Source: Alkanindiges sp. WGS2144
GTDB taxonomy: Bacteria > Pseudomonadota > Gammaproteobacteria > Pseudomonadales > Moraxellaceae
Strand: one strand, 5' to 3'
DNA: 32,000 bases
Assembly (NCBI RefSeq): GCF_043950625.1
Contig: NZ_CP171007.1
In this document: piece by piece, positions 18,248 to 27,265 of the stretch
Numbering within the stretch: the stretch's first letter is position 1
How the letters are laid out: each line of letters begins with the position of its first letter
Position numbers and translations under genes: made by a program
The notes under the pieces: model-generated
Databases searched by the model: none
Seen by the model: the letters and a program-made list of their open reading frames with translations, nothing else
What the model was told of the DNA's origin: nothing

Positions 18248-19555
18248 CTAAAGCGCTTCTGATGTTAACAGCTCTTCCAAACTCTGCTTTTCAATACCAT
18301 AAAACTGCTTAAGTGCCTGTATTTTTTGCAGGGTGTCGGCCTGTTTTGCAGCACTATGCTGCTTTTTAACCGCCAGAATCATCTTGTTTTTGCTGGTATG
18401 TTCAAGCGATACGAACTCAAACACCTTGGTCTCATAACCATACGCCTCCAGCAATAAGGCCCGCATGCTGTCTGTAAGCATTTCGGCCTGCTGTCCCAGA
18501 TGTACGCCATATTGCAACATAGGCTGTAGCAAGCTGGGCATTTGCAGTTGCGGCCGAATCTCCTTATGACAGCAGGGTGCACACATAATCACTTTTGCGT
18601 TCAAGCGAATCCCGGTATGCAAGGCATAATCGGTGGCAACATCGCAGGCGTGCAGGGCAATCATCACGTCAATTCGACTTGGGCGCGGCTCTAACCTTCT
18701 TGCAGCTCCATGCTCCTCAGGATGAAGCGCTTGCGAAATAGAATCTTTTGCGCTTGATGCTTGCTCATCAGACATAAAGCTACGCACATCGCCCTGATAA
18801 AACTGAATGCCATGTTGTGCATCAATATGCGCTGCTACCCGATTACAGAACTGAACCAGCTCATCACGCAGCTCAACGCCGGTGACGATTGCGTTTTTAT
18901 GTAATTGCTGGACAATAAAGTCATGTACGGCAAAAGTTAAATAGCCTTTGCCAGAACCAAAATCCACTACAGAAATAGTATCTTGCTGGTCAATACGGGC
19001 TTGTTGTACGGCACTGGCAAAAATTTCCAGAAACTTGTTGATTTGTTTCCACTTGCGTGACATCGCCGGAATAATCTGATGTTGCTGATCCGTTACACCC
19101 AGTTGCTGCAAAAATGGCCGGTTTTGCTCAATATAGCGCTGCTTGGTTCGGTTATGTGCAGGGATCTCGCTGGTGTCGGCTAAATGAGCACTGACCAACT
19201 GCCGGGCAAGTACAAGTTTGCCTTTTTTACTGATCATCAACTGATAATCATGGGCACCAGTTTTTACATGTAGCTGCTTAAAGCCGGCATCCAGCTGCTG
19301 GATGATTTCACGCAGCGCCTCTTCCAGGCTATAGTTTTTGGTAATATCACGGGTTTGGTAATGGTAAACAAAACAAAGCTTGGCCTGCTGTTTAATTAGC
19401 ACAGGACGTACCAGGATTTTCTCCAGCCCTGCTTCACTGCCCTTGTATTTGCTTAAAGTGATTTTTTCCAGTTGCCGTTCATTAAAGCACGCTGCAATGA
19501 TCCCCTGCATTTGCTGATACTGTTCGGATAATGATACAACAGGCTGTTGTGGCAT
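18248..19555 (-). CDS. Class I SAM-dependent methyltransferase (Methyltransf_32 / METTL25-like) with a large uncharacterised N-terminal domain
   Basis: It has motif I (VVDFGSGKGYLTF) plus LHACDVATD and CAPCCHKE segments, which I recall as typical of this family. The start is uncertain: ATG 19555 gives MPQQPVV..., and upstream GTG 19606 and ATG 19591 lack an SD. Confidence 0.75.
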   Translation of the reverse strand: MPQQPVVSLSEQYQQMQGIIAACFNERQLEKITLSKYKGSEAGLEKILVRPVLIKQQAKLCFVYHYQTRDITKNYSLEEALREIIQQLDAGFKQLHVKTGAHDYQLMISKKGKLVLARQLVSAHLADTSEIPAHNRTKQRYIEQNRPFLQQLGVTDQQHQIIPAMSRKWKQINKFLEIFASAVQQARIDQQDTISVVDFGSGKGYLTFAVHDFIVQQLHKNAIVTGVELRDELVQFCNRVAAHIDAQHGIQFYQGDVRSFMSDEQASSAKDSISQALHPEEHGAARRLEPRPSRIDVMIALHACDVATDYALHTGIRLNAKVIMCAPCCHKEIRPQLQMPSLLQPMLQYGVHLGQQAEMLTDSMRALLLEAYGYETKVFEFVSLEHTSKNKMILAVKKQHSAAKQADTLQKIQALKQFYGIEKQSLEELLTSEAL

Positions 19556-19676
19556 CTGGATACTCAAGTGGACAAATAAAGCGTCTATCATAAAACATGG
19601 CAGCACATCACAGCCAGCGCTAAAAAATTATTCCAGAATGTGTTAAGTTGCCTTTTAAACGAGCAGATACCCCTCT

Positions 19677-20327
19677 ATGAACCAACCAGACCTGCATATT
19701 GCTTACGATAGCAAAGAAGAACGTATTAATGCCCTAACCCATGCGCTAGGCGCCCTGCTAGCGCTCATTGCCGGCATCCTTTTACTCAAAAAGGGCTTAG
19801 GCAGCCTGACGACAGCACAAAGTACCGGCCTAATCATTTATAGCTTAAGCATGGTCATCCTGTTTCTGGCCTCAACCCTATACCACGGTATCCAGTCAGC
19901 TAAAGCCCGTACCTTTTTAAAGCAACTGGATCACAGTGCCATTTATTTGCTGATTGCCGGTACTTATACGCCATTTTTAACCATTAGCCTGCATGGCCTT
20001 AAAGCGCAGATCCTGCTTTGGACATTGTGGGGTCTGGCAGCGCTGGGTATTGTATTTAAGTTGTTTTTTATTCATCAGTTTCCCAGAGTATCACTTGCCG
20101 CTTATCTGATTATGGGCTGGCTGGCTTTACTGGTGCTACCGGATATTTATCATGCACTACCCCGTGCTGGTTTGTACTGGCTCATTGCCGGAGGGTTAAG
20201 CTATACGCTGGGCACAGTATTTTATGCCGCCAAACGCTATCCATATACGCATGCCATATGGCACCTGTTTGTGCTTATGGGTGCTGCCTGTCATTGCCTG
20301 GCGATTTATTTTTATGTACTGCCTTAA
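19677..20327 (+). CDS. trhA: PAQR / hemolysin-III family 7-TM membrane protein (YqfA/TrhA homologue)
   Basis: The 216-aa product is colinear with E. coli YqfA: EERINALTHALG, LASTLYHG, LDHSAIYLLIAGTYTPF and YTHAIWHLFVLMGAACH. Confidence 0.85.
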   Translation: MNQPDLHIAYDSKEERINALTHALGALLALIAGILLLKKGLGSLTTAQSTGLIIYSLSMVILFLASTLYHGIQSAKARTFLKQLDHSAIYLLIAGTYTPFLTISLHGLKAQILLWTLWGLAALGIVFKLFFIHQFPRVSLAAYLIMGWLALLVLPDIYHALPRAGLYWLIAGGLSYTLGTVFYAAKRYPYTHAIWHLFVLMGAACHCLAIYFYVLP

Positions 20328-20422
20328 ATCATCTATGCGGTTGTGGCTTAGCAATTCTGTTAGTGGCACCATAAACAGCCAGACCAAAATGTAATTTTCT
20401 ACCTGATATCCTGGAATAAACG

Positions 20423-21733
20423 ATGAGTAATGCCGCAACGGCTAATCATGCTGCAAGCAATTCAAAAGCAAGGATTCTGCTTGCCAGCTTAATTGGTACC
20501 ACAATTGAATTTTTTGACTTTTATATTTATGCCACAGCAGCAGTACTGGTTTTCCCCGCGCTGTTTTTTCCAACCAGTGACGCTACCTCTGCGGTGTTGC
20601 AATCATTAGCAACGTTTGCCATTGCTTTTTTTGCCCGTCCAGTTGGCTCTGCGCTATTTGGGCATTTTGGTGACCGTATTGGCCGTAAAGCCACGCTGGT
20701 TGCTGCCTTGCTCACCATGGGTATTTCTACGGTAGTGATTGGTTTGTTGCCCACCTATGCACAAATTGGTGTGCTGGCGCCATTACTGCTGGCACTCTGC
20801 CGCTTTGGGCAGGGACTTGGCCTGGGCGGTGAATGGGGCGGTGCAGTGCTACTTGCTACCGAAAATGCACCACCGGGCAAGCGGGCTTGGTATGGCATGT
20901 TTCCGCAGCTTGGTGCCCCTATTGGTTTTTTAATGGCGGGTGGCTCATTTTTATTGCTGGATGAATTTTTAACTGATGCCCAATTTTTTGCATGGGGCTG
21001 GCGTATTCCTTTTCTGGCCAGTGCAGCGCTGGTGATTGTCGGGTTATATATCCGCCTGAAGATTCATGAAACACCTATATTTCAGGCGACACTGGACAAG
21101 CGCGAGCAGGTCAAAGTCCCCATGTTTACCGTATTTAAGGCACACGGCAAAGTACTGTTTTTAGGAACCTGTATTGCACTGGCAACTTTTGTACTGTTTT
21201 ATCTGGTGACCGTATTTGCGCTGACCTGGGGCACGACCAGTCTTGGCTTTTCACGCGAACAGTTTTTAATTTTGCAACTCGTCGCCATTTTTTTCTTTGC
21301 CATGTTTATTCCAGTTTCAGCAGTGCTTGCCGACCGATTTGGGCGCAAGCTGACGTTTAGTCTAATTTCTGCTGCCATTGCCCTGTTTGGCCTAAGTATG
21401 TCCAGCCTGTGGAATGACGGCAGTAATTTTAGTGCCCTATTATTTTTATGTACTGGTCTGGCATTAATGGGCTTAACCTACGGTCCGCTCGGCACTATTT
21501 TGTCTGAGCTGTTTCCTACCAATGTGCGCTATACCGGCGCTTCCCTCACGTTTAACCTGGCCGGTATTTTTGGCGCTTCGCTAGCACCCTATATTGCCAT
21601 GTGGCTAGCCAATCAATACGGCCTAGGCGCTGTGGGTTACTACCTGTCCGTTGCAGCACTGATTACCCTGCTGGCTATGCTGGCCACCCAGGAAACAGTA
21701 AGCCAGCAGCTAGACAAAGTAAGCCCCGATTAA
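20423..21733 (+). CDS. MFS transporter, metabolite:H+ symporter (MHS; ShiA/KgtP/ProP-like) family
   Basis: The 436-aa product has the N-terminal TIEFFDFYIYATAA and GHFGDRIGRK motifs characteristic of MHS permeases, and hydrophobicity consistent with 12 TM segments. Confidence 0.85.
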   Translation: MSNAATANHAASNSKARILLASLIGTTIEFFDFYIYATAAVLVFPALFFPTSDATSAVLQSLATFAIAFFARPVGSALFGHFGDRIGRKATLVAALLTMGISTVVIGLLPTYAQIGVLAPLLLALCRFGQGLGLGGEWGGAVLLATENAPPGKRAWYGMFPQLGAPIGFLMAGGSFLLLDEFLTDAQFFAWGWRIPFLASAALVIVGLYIRLKIHETPIFQATLDKREQVKVPMFTVFKAHGKVLFLGTCIALATFVLFYLVTVFALTWGTTSLGFSREQFLILQLVAIFFFAMFIPVSAVLADRFGRKLTFSLISAAIALFGLSMSSLWNDGSNFSALLFLCTGLALMGLTYGPLGTILSELFPTNVRYTGASLTFNLAGIFGASLAPYIAMWLANQYGLGAVGYYLSVAALITLLAMLATQETVSQQLDKVSPD

Positions 21734-21842
21734 TCAGGATTGTGAAGATAATACTTAACGATGAGTTTCCTTTACATTAATACTAAATGGGTTTAGTGTT
21801 TAAGTGAGCTGTTTTACAAAAGTCAGGCACCTGGAGAAATAG

Positions 21843-23318
21843 TTGGCAGCACCTTCTCACCAGCATAACAACCCACATTATCTCCAAGAGCGCGTACTCT
21901 TGTTAAAAGGGGCTGTTGCCCTGATGTGTCTGCCTTCACTCATGGTTTTATACGGTTGGCTGTTTAGCTGGTCATTTCTATTATGGCTATTCCCTTCCGT
22001 GATTTCCATGAAAGCCAATAGCGCTGTTGGTTTTTTGCTAACCAGCGCTGCGCTATGCATGTTTTTAAAAAGAAAGCCTTTATATCAAAAAACTCAACGT
22101 ATTATTGCACTTGTACTGATTTTACTAGGCGTGAGTACCTGGTATGAGTATATGGCTCATGTTGATTTACCGTATCTGGACGACTTATTTGTCCAAAAAC
22201 AGCTCCTACAAAGCCCGCTGAACGAGATGAGTATTTTTGTCAGCCGCATGTCGCCATTATCAACAGTGAACTGGATTTTGATTGGCGCCAGCCTGTACTT
22301 GCTTACCTATCGTAACTATCAGATTCTTAATTTTGCCCGGCTGCTCGTTGTACCTATTATCGTGACGTCCATCATGGTGTTAATAGGGTACGCCTATGGC
22401 GTAAGGGACTTATACCGCTTCGGCTTTTATAATCCTTTATCCCCGCTTTCAGCCGTACTGTTTATACTACTCAGTGTGAGCCTGCTTTTTATGCATGCCG
22501 AGCGCGGTTTTATGCGTTTATTCGTCGGCAAAACGCTTGGTAGTCGCATGGCACGTGGCCTATTGCCAACCCTTATTGTAATATTTATCAGTATTGGCTG
22601 GTTAGGACGGCAAGGCAGTGCCATGGGCTGGTATAACAGTCAGTTTGAAACTTCAATATTAATTTTTCTGACCCTACTGCTATCTTCCTGCCTGATTATC
22701 TGGCAAGCGCGCGCCCAGCATGGTCAGGAACTGCTGCGGCAGCGTGCCCAGCATGCGCTTGAACTCAGTCACTTGCAGCTGGAAAAAAAAGTAGAACGGC
22801 GCACCTATGAGCTCCAGCAACTGACCAAAGAACTCGAAGCCTTAAGCCTAACAGACAGCCTGACCAAGCTACCCAACCGCCGTGCCTTTGAGCAACGCAT
22901 GGATATCGAATGGCAGCGCAGCCTGCGTTATGGTAGCCCGTTAAGTGTGATGGTTCTGGATGTTGATCACTTTAAGCGTTTTAATGATGATTTTGGTCAT
23001 CAAACGGGTGACCATGTACTCAGTCAGGTGGGTGCCCTACTGGCAGAAACAGTCCGGGGCATTGATTTTGCCTGCCGCTATGGCGGTGAAGAGTTTGTAG
23101 TCATTTTACCCAACTCCTCTCTAAAGGATGCGCTGCCAATTGCCGAGCGTGTACGTGAGCAGGTAGCCCAGTATCCCTGGGAGAAACGCCCGGTTACCGT
23201 CAGTATTGGGCTTGCCAGCTTTGGCCAGCAACAAAGTGCACAGGAGCTGATTAATGATGCCGATCAGGCCTTATATCAGGCCAAGGCACAGGGTCGTAAT
23301 CGCGTCGAACATGCCTGA
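21843..23318 (+). CDS. Membrane-bound diguanylate cyclase (GGDEF domain) with an uncharacterised polytopic N-terminal domain
   Basis: About 290 aa of multi-TM N-terminus and a coiled-coil linker precede the GGDEF domain (LTKLPNRRAF, DVDHFKRFNDDFGH, RYGGEEFVV). An I-site RGID lies 5 residues before GGEEF. The TTG start at 21843 is supported by GGAGA (21833-21837) at 5 nt. Confidence 0.85.
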   Translation: MAAPSHQHNNPHYLQERVLLLKGAVALMCLPSLMVLYGWLFSWSFLLWLFPSVISMKANSAVGFLLTSAALCMFLKRKPLYQKTQRIIALVLILLGVSTWYEYMAHVDLPYLDDLFVQKQLLQSPLNEMSIFVSRMSPLSTVNWILIGASLYLLTYRNYQILNFARLLVVPIIVTSIMVLIGYAYGVRDLYRFGFYNPLSPLSAVLFILLSVSLLFMHAERGFMRLFVGKTLGSRMARGLLPTLIVIFISIGWLGRQGSAMGWYNSQFETSILIFLTLLLSSCLIIWQARAQHGQELLRQRAQHALELSHLQLEKKVERRTYELQQLTKELEALSLTDSLTKLPNRRAFEQRMDIEWQRSLRYGSPLSVMVLDVDHFKRFNDDFGHQTGDHVLSQVGALLAETVRGIDFACRYGGEEFVVILPNSSLKDALPIAERVREQVAQYPWEKRPVTVSIGLASFGQQQSAQELINDADQALYQAKAQGRNRVEHA

Positions 23319-23345
23319 CAGTGTTTAGGTCTAATGCTCATATAT

Positions 23346-24356
23346 TTAATGAATATGCAGGATATCAATGGTTGGTGGTGCACGAAAACGCAAGGGAACA
23401 CCGACCAGACCTGTCCCTACTGTGACGTAAACCTGCGCATTTTCGGTCTGGTACAAACCTTTTTTAAAGCCCAGCAATGACGTTCGCTTAAGCACATAGT
23501 TGGTTAGCCATGGCAATTCCAGCTGCCCGCCGTGGGTATGACCGGATAACATTAAAGGACGTCCCGGTAATGGTGGCACCTGAGCCACTGTATCGGGATT
23601 ATGGGCAACGACAATCCAGGGTTTATCCTGTGGCAACTCCAGCATAACCTGCATATCAGCCTTACCCGCCCACAAATCACCACTACCAATGAGGCGCACT
23701 TCTTCCAGCTCGACAATTTTTCCCTCAATGCAGGTAATATTGGCTGCCTGCAAAGCCTCGCTGAGTAAATGTTGAACGGGCGGACCCGGAATTTGCTCAT
23801 CATGGTTACCCGGCACCGAATAAGCCGGTGCGATGAAACCCGACAAAACATTTAAATCACGCTTCAAGTGATCATTAGGCTCATACGTCCAGTCACCGGA
23901 AAACACAATAAAATCCGGATGCTCTGCATTGACCAGATCAACAATTTTTTTGAGCTGGCGTGTACGGCCGGAAAATAATCCGACATGCAGATCAGCCAGT
24001 AAAGCAACCTTTAATGGCTGCCTGAGCGCCACCTCCTGATTCAGAGTGACTGGGGTATGGCGTACTGTCAGCACCACCGGCTCAATAAAACGGGCATATA
24101 GCAAAAACAGACTCAGTAACAGCAACGGTACTGCTTCCCAGGCGTTTTGCCTGCCGATAGACCACTGCCATAGTACCCATGAAAAAAATGGGACCAATAG
24201 GTACAGCCCGTAATAAACAAACAGCAATAAAAAAGTCTTAAAGCGATCTACCGTCACTGAATGGTGGCAACCATAAATGGCGCGTAACACTGCAAACCCT
24301 GCCAGCGCAATAAAAACCAGATTGAACCCATACTGCACGGTTGTGTGATCAGGCAT
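23346..24356 (-). CDS. Membrane-anchored calcineurin-like metallophosphoesterase (YaeI/YkuE-like)
   Basis: An N-terminal region of 3-4 TM helices is followed by the metallophosphoesterase motifs LADLHVG, SGDWTY, GNHD and GHTHGGQ. Confidence 0.8.
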   Translation of the reverse strand: MPDHTTVQYGFNLVFIALAGFAVLRAIYGCHHSVTVDRFKTFLLLFVYYGLYLLVPFFSWVLWQWSIGRQNAWEAVPLLLLSLFLLYARFIEPVVLTVRHTPVTLNQEVALRQPLKVALLADLHVGLFSGRTRQLKKIVDLVNAEHPDFIVFSGDWTYEPNDHLKRDLNVLSGFIAPAYSVPGNHDEQIPGPPVQHLLSEALQAANITCIEGKIVELEEVRLIGSGDLWAGKADMQVMLELPQDKPWIVVAHNPDTVAQVPPLPGRPLMLSGHTHGGQLELPWLTNYVLKRTSLLGFKKGLYQTENAQVYVTVGTGLVGVPLRFRAPPTIDILHIH

Positions 24357-24569
24357 TGTTTCTCCGTCTAATCAATTGTTTCTCCCCTTTAAGCAATAAA
24401 AGGCTACAATCCACAAACTCATCAATTATATTTGTCAAAACATAGCTGATTTACATTTATTTTAATAAAGCCCAGCTTATACTATGTAAGTATTTCGCAA
24501 CCTGTTGAATGGTTGTGTGATGTGACACACTCAAACCCAGTGGATCATTAGCCAGGACAGGATACTCCT

Positions 24570-26207
24570 ATGCAGCGCCAGTTGCCTTATAGCATACAAC
24601 ATTGGCTCAAGTGTGCGCTTATTCTCTGCTTGGGACTGGTGCTCAGTGCCTGCCACCGTCTGCCACCGCGCATGCCGGTACAAAGTAGCTACTACCTGAC
24701 CAATACAGCGGATACTCAGCTAGGCCACCTGCTTGAACCTCAAAAGGCACAGCATAAAGGCTTAACCGGCTACCAGCTACTGATCGACCCCATTGGAGCC
24801 ATTGCTGCACGGCTTATCCTGATTGAAAAAGCCCAGAAAAGCCTCGATCTTCAATACTATATCTGGCACAACGACAAAGTGGGTGCCCTCACCCTGGAAG
24901 CCCTGTTACGGGCAGCTGACCGCGGTGTCCGTGTCCGCCTGTTGCTTGATGACAACAACACCGACGACCTAGATTCCAGCTTACTCGCCTTAAGCCAGCA
25001 TCCCAATATTGAAGTACGACTGTTCAACCCATTCGTTTACCGTAAATGGCGTGTACTTAATTATGTGCTTGACTTAAAACGTAATAACCGCCGCATGCAT
25101 AACAAGACTTTTATTGCTGATTCACAGGTTGCACTCATTGGTGGCCGTAATATCAGTAATCAATATTATGATGCTGGCGAAAGCTTTCAATTCTCAGACA
25201 TAGACGTGCTTCTGGTGGGCAAAGTAGTTCCTGAAATTGCCCAGTCATTTGACAGCTACTGGAACTATCCTATGGCTTATCCAGCGCAGCAGATGATTGA
25301 TGCTGGTCAGCATAGCCTTAATCTGGCTCAGCTCAGGCGACAGCTGGAAGATTACCATGCCACCATTCCGGCACAAAACTATCTGGAGCTGGCCAAAGAG
25401 CAAGCTGAGTTTAATAACTGGCTAGGCGGTCAGCCACAACTGGAGTGGGTACCAGCGCATCTGGTACAGGATTCGCCTGAAAAAATTGACAAACACACCA
25501 ATCGCGACGAACACCTGGGTTTTCAGTTACAAAATCTGGTGGGTGAACCCAGTCAACAGCTGGACATTATTTCTGCCTATTTTGTGCCAGCAAATACAGG
25601 CACTGCGGCATTAATCAGGCTCAAGAAAAAAGGAGTACGGGTACGGGTACTCACCAACTCCTATGCCGCCAATGATGTGGGCATTGTTCATGCCTTTTAT
25701 GCCAAACGACGCAAAGAGCTGATCAAAAACGGGATTGAGCTCTATGAGTTTTTGCCGCAATTAAAAACAGTGCAGCGACGCTATTTTAGAAAAGACCGGA
25801 TTCGTCTTTTAGGCAGCAACTCTCACTCTGCCAATACGGGTTCTATCAATACTGGTTCAGGCATTGGCGATAGCAGTGACGCCAGCCTACATGCCAAAAT
25901 GATGGTGTTTGACCGCCAGCAGGCTTTTATAGGTTCATTTAACTTTGATCCACGCTCTGCCAATCTTAATACTGAGATTGGCGTGATCCTGGACAGTCCA
26001 AAACTGGCTACCCAGGTTTCCCAAGACCTTGATAACTCCATTTTGAGTATTGCCTACCGGGTACGCCTGGATGAAAATGGCAAGATGATTTGGGAAGAAA
26101 AAACGCCCGAGGGTATCAAAATTCATACTCGTGAACCCAATATCAAACCAGTTACCCGCGTTGGCTTGAAAATGATAGCCAAATTGCCGCTTGACGGATT
26201 TATGTGA
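24570..26207 (+). CDS. Phospholipase D-family lipoprotein with two HKD motifs
   Basis: A signal peptide with lipobox LSAC places the lipidated Cys at residue 28. The two HKD motifs are HNKTFIADSQVALIGGRNI and HAKMMVFDRQQAFIGSFNFD. The halves show internal duplication (RGVRVRLLLDD / KGVRVRVLTNS). AGGACAGGA precedes the ATG. Confidence 0.85.
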   Translation: MQRQLPYSIQHWLKCALILCLGLVLSACHRLPPRMPVQSSYYLTNTADTQLGHLLEPQKAQHKGLTGYQLLIDPIGAIAARLILIEKAQKSLDLQYYIWHNDKVGALTLEALLRAADRGVRVRLLLDDNNTDDLDSSLLALSQHPNIEVRLFNPFVYRKWRVLNYVLDLKRNNRRMHNKTFIADSQVALIGGRNISNQYYDAGESFQFSDIDVLLVGKVVPEIAQSFDSYWNYPMAYPAQQMIDAGQHSLNLAQLRRQLEDYHATIPAQNYLELAKEQAEFNNWLGGQPQLEWVPAHLVQDSPEKIDKHTNRDEHLGFQLQNLVGEPSQQLDIISAYFVPANTGTAALIRLKKKGVRVRVLTNSYAANDVGIVHAFYAKRRKELIKNGIELYEFLPQLKTVQRRYFRKDRIRLLGSNSHSANTGSINTGSGIGDSSDASLHAKMMVFDRQQAFIGSFNFDPRSANLNTEIGVILDSPKLATQVSQDLDNSILSIAYRVRLDENGKMIWEEKTPEGIKIHTREPNIKPVTRVGLKMIAKLPLDGFM

Positions 26208-26232
26208 TCCTTGCAACACCCCTATAAGCGGG

Positions 26233-27072
26233 TTAAACAAAAACCCGTTGCTGCAATACCTGTAAACCCTCACACATGCGGGCATAGAGCAATTGGGTCA
26301 GGCTTTCGACCGTATGGCCTTCTGTTGAAATAGCAGCCAGTGGCATAACATGTGCCCGAATTTTTTCTAATGCCAATACATTTAGCAGATTTTCTACGAA
26401 ACCCTGATCATCTACAAAGGGCACCACTTGATCCAGCTTGCCTTCTACATTGATATAACAAATAACTACAGGCTGAATAAACGTCTGCGTAGCAATTGCT
26501 GCCGCCAGAAGTTTACCATGTAAACGTTTAATACTACGGCCATCGGTGGTAGTGGCTTCTGGAAAGAACAATACCGGAATTTTTTGTTTTAAAAATCCTG
26601 ACATATGCGCTTTAACAACGGCTGAATCGCCAGAACCACGCTTGATGAATAAAGTACCTCCCGCTTGTGCCAAACGGCCAAATAACGGCCAGTTTTGTAT
26701 CTCGGCCTTAGCCAGAAAGAACAGTCTGGTTTGCGAACCCACCACTGGAATATCCAGCCAGGAAATATGATTGCTTACCCATAGCGCATGTTCAGTGGGC
26801 ATAGGACCATGTCGTGTCACCTCAATGTCCAAAGTTTCACATAAACGACGACAAAAGTATCTCACCAGACGGGTGTGCTCAGGCTGATTCGGCTGTGAAA
26901 ATGCACCCTCGCGATAAGCCAGCACAAACCCTTCATTAATCACCCTAATCATCTGCATGATCCGCCTGAATTGACGAATTGTGATCCGGCCTTTATTTTT
27001 AAGCTGTTTAAACCAGTGATAAGAATGCGTGACGTTAGAAGTATCTCTTGGCTTTTCATCAAGTATGGTCAT
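26233..27072 (-). CDS. Lysophospholipid / 1-acyl-sn-glycerol-3-phosphate acyltransferase (PlsC family)
   Basis: The 279-aa product has the HX4D catalytic motif (NHISWLD), FPEATTTDG (motif III) and an upstream FFLAKAEI block. Confidence 0.8.
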   Translation of the reverse strand: MTILDEKPRDTSNVTHSYHWFKQLKNKGRITIRQFRRIMQMIRVINEGFVLAYREGAFSQPNQPEHTRLVRYFCRRLCETLDIEVTRHGPMPTEHALWVSNHISWLDIPVVGSQTRLFFLAKAEIQNWPLFGRLAQAGGTLFIKRGSGDSAVVKAHMSGFLKQKIPVLFFPEATTTDGRSIKRLHGKLLAAAIATQTFIQPVVICYINVEGKLDQVVPFVDDQGFVENLLNVLALEKIRAHVMPLAAISTEGHTVESLTQLLYARMCEGLQVLQQRVFV

Positions 27073-27265
27073 AAATCAGCTACTTATTCAAAGATCAGGC
27101 TTATCTGTGCCGACTATTTTGCCATAATTTTAACTAGAAAAATGTAGATTGTGGAACTGGTCTTTTTTCATAAACGATCATCATCAATCACTGGGCTTCA
27201 TTAATAATGAACTTTTTCAAAAACCACATAAACCGGGCTATTACACGCTTAAATTTGCAGGGCTT

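Noticed and set aside
25632-25860. Small tandem repeats inside the PLD gene: gtacgg-gtacgg-gtac (25635-25650) and the NTGSINTGSGIG-coding near-repeat (about 25823-25860).
   Set aside because: Both are in frame and encode features expected of the protein: the VRVRV beta-strand, which is duplicated in both PLD halves, and a Gly/Ser-rich loop preceding the second HKD motif. They are too short to be mobile or phase-variable repeats, with no homopolymer or run of more than 3 units.
26229-26247. A cgggtt-N7-aacccg hairpin between the convergent PLD and acyltransferase genes.
   Set aside because: The stem is only 6 bp, it overlaps the acyltransferase stop codon and CDS, and it has no U-tract. It is weak evidence.
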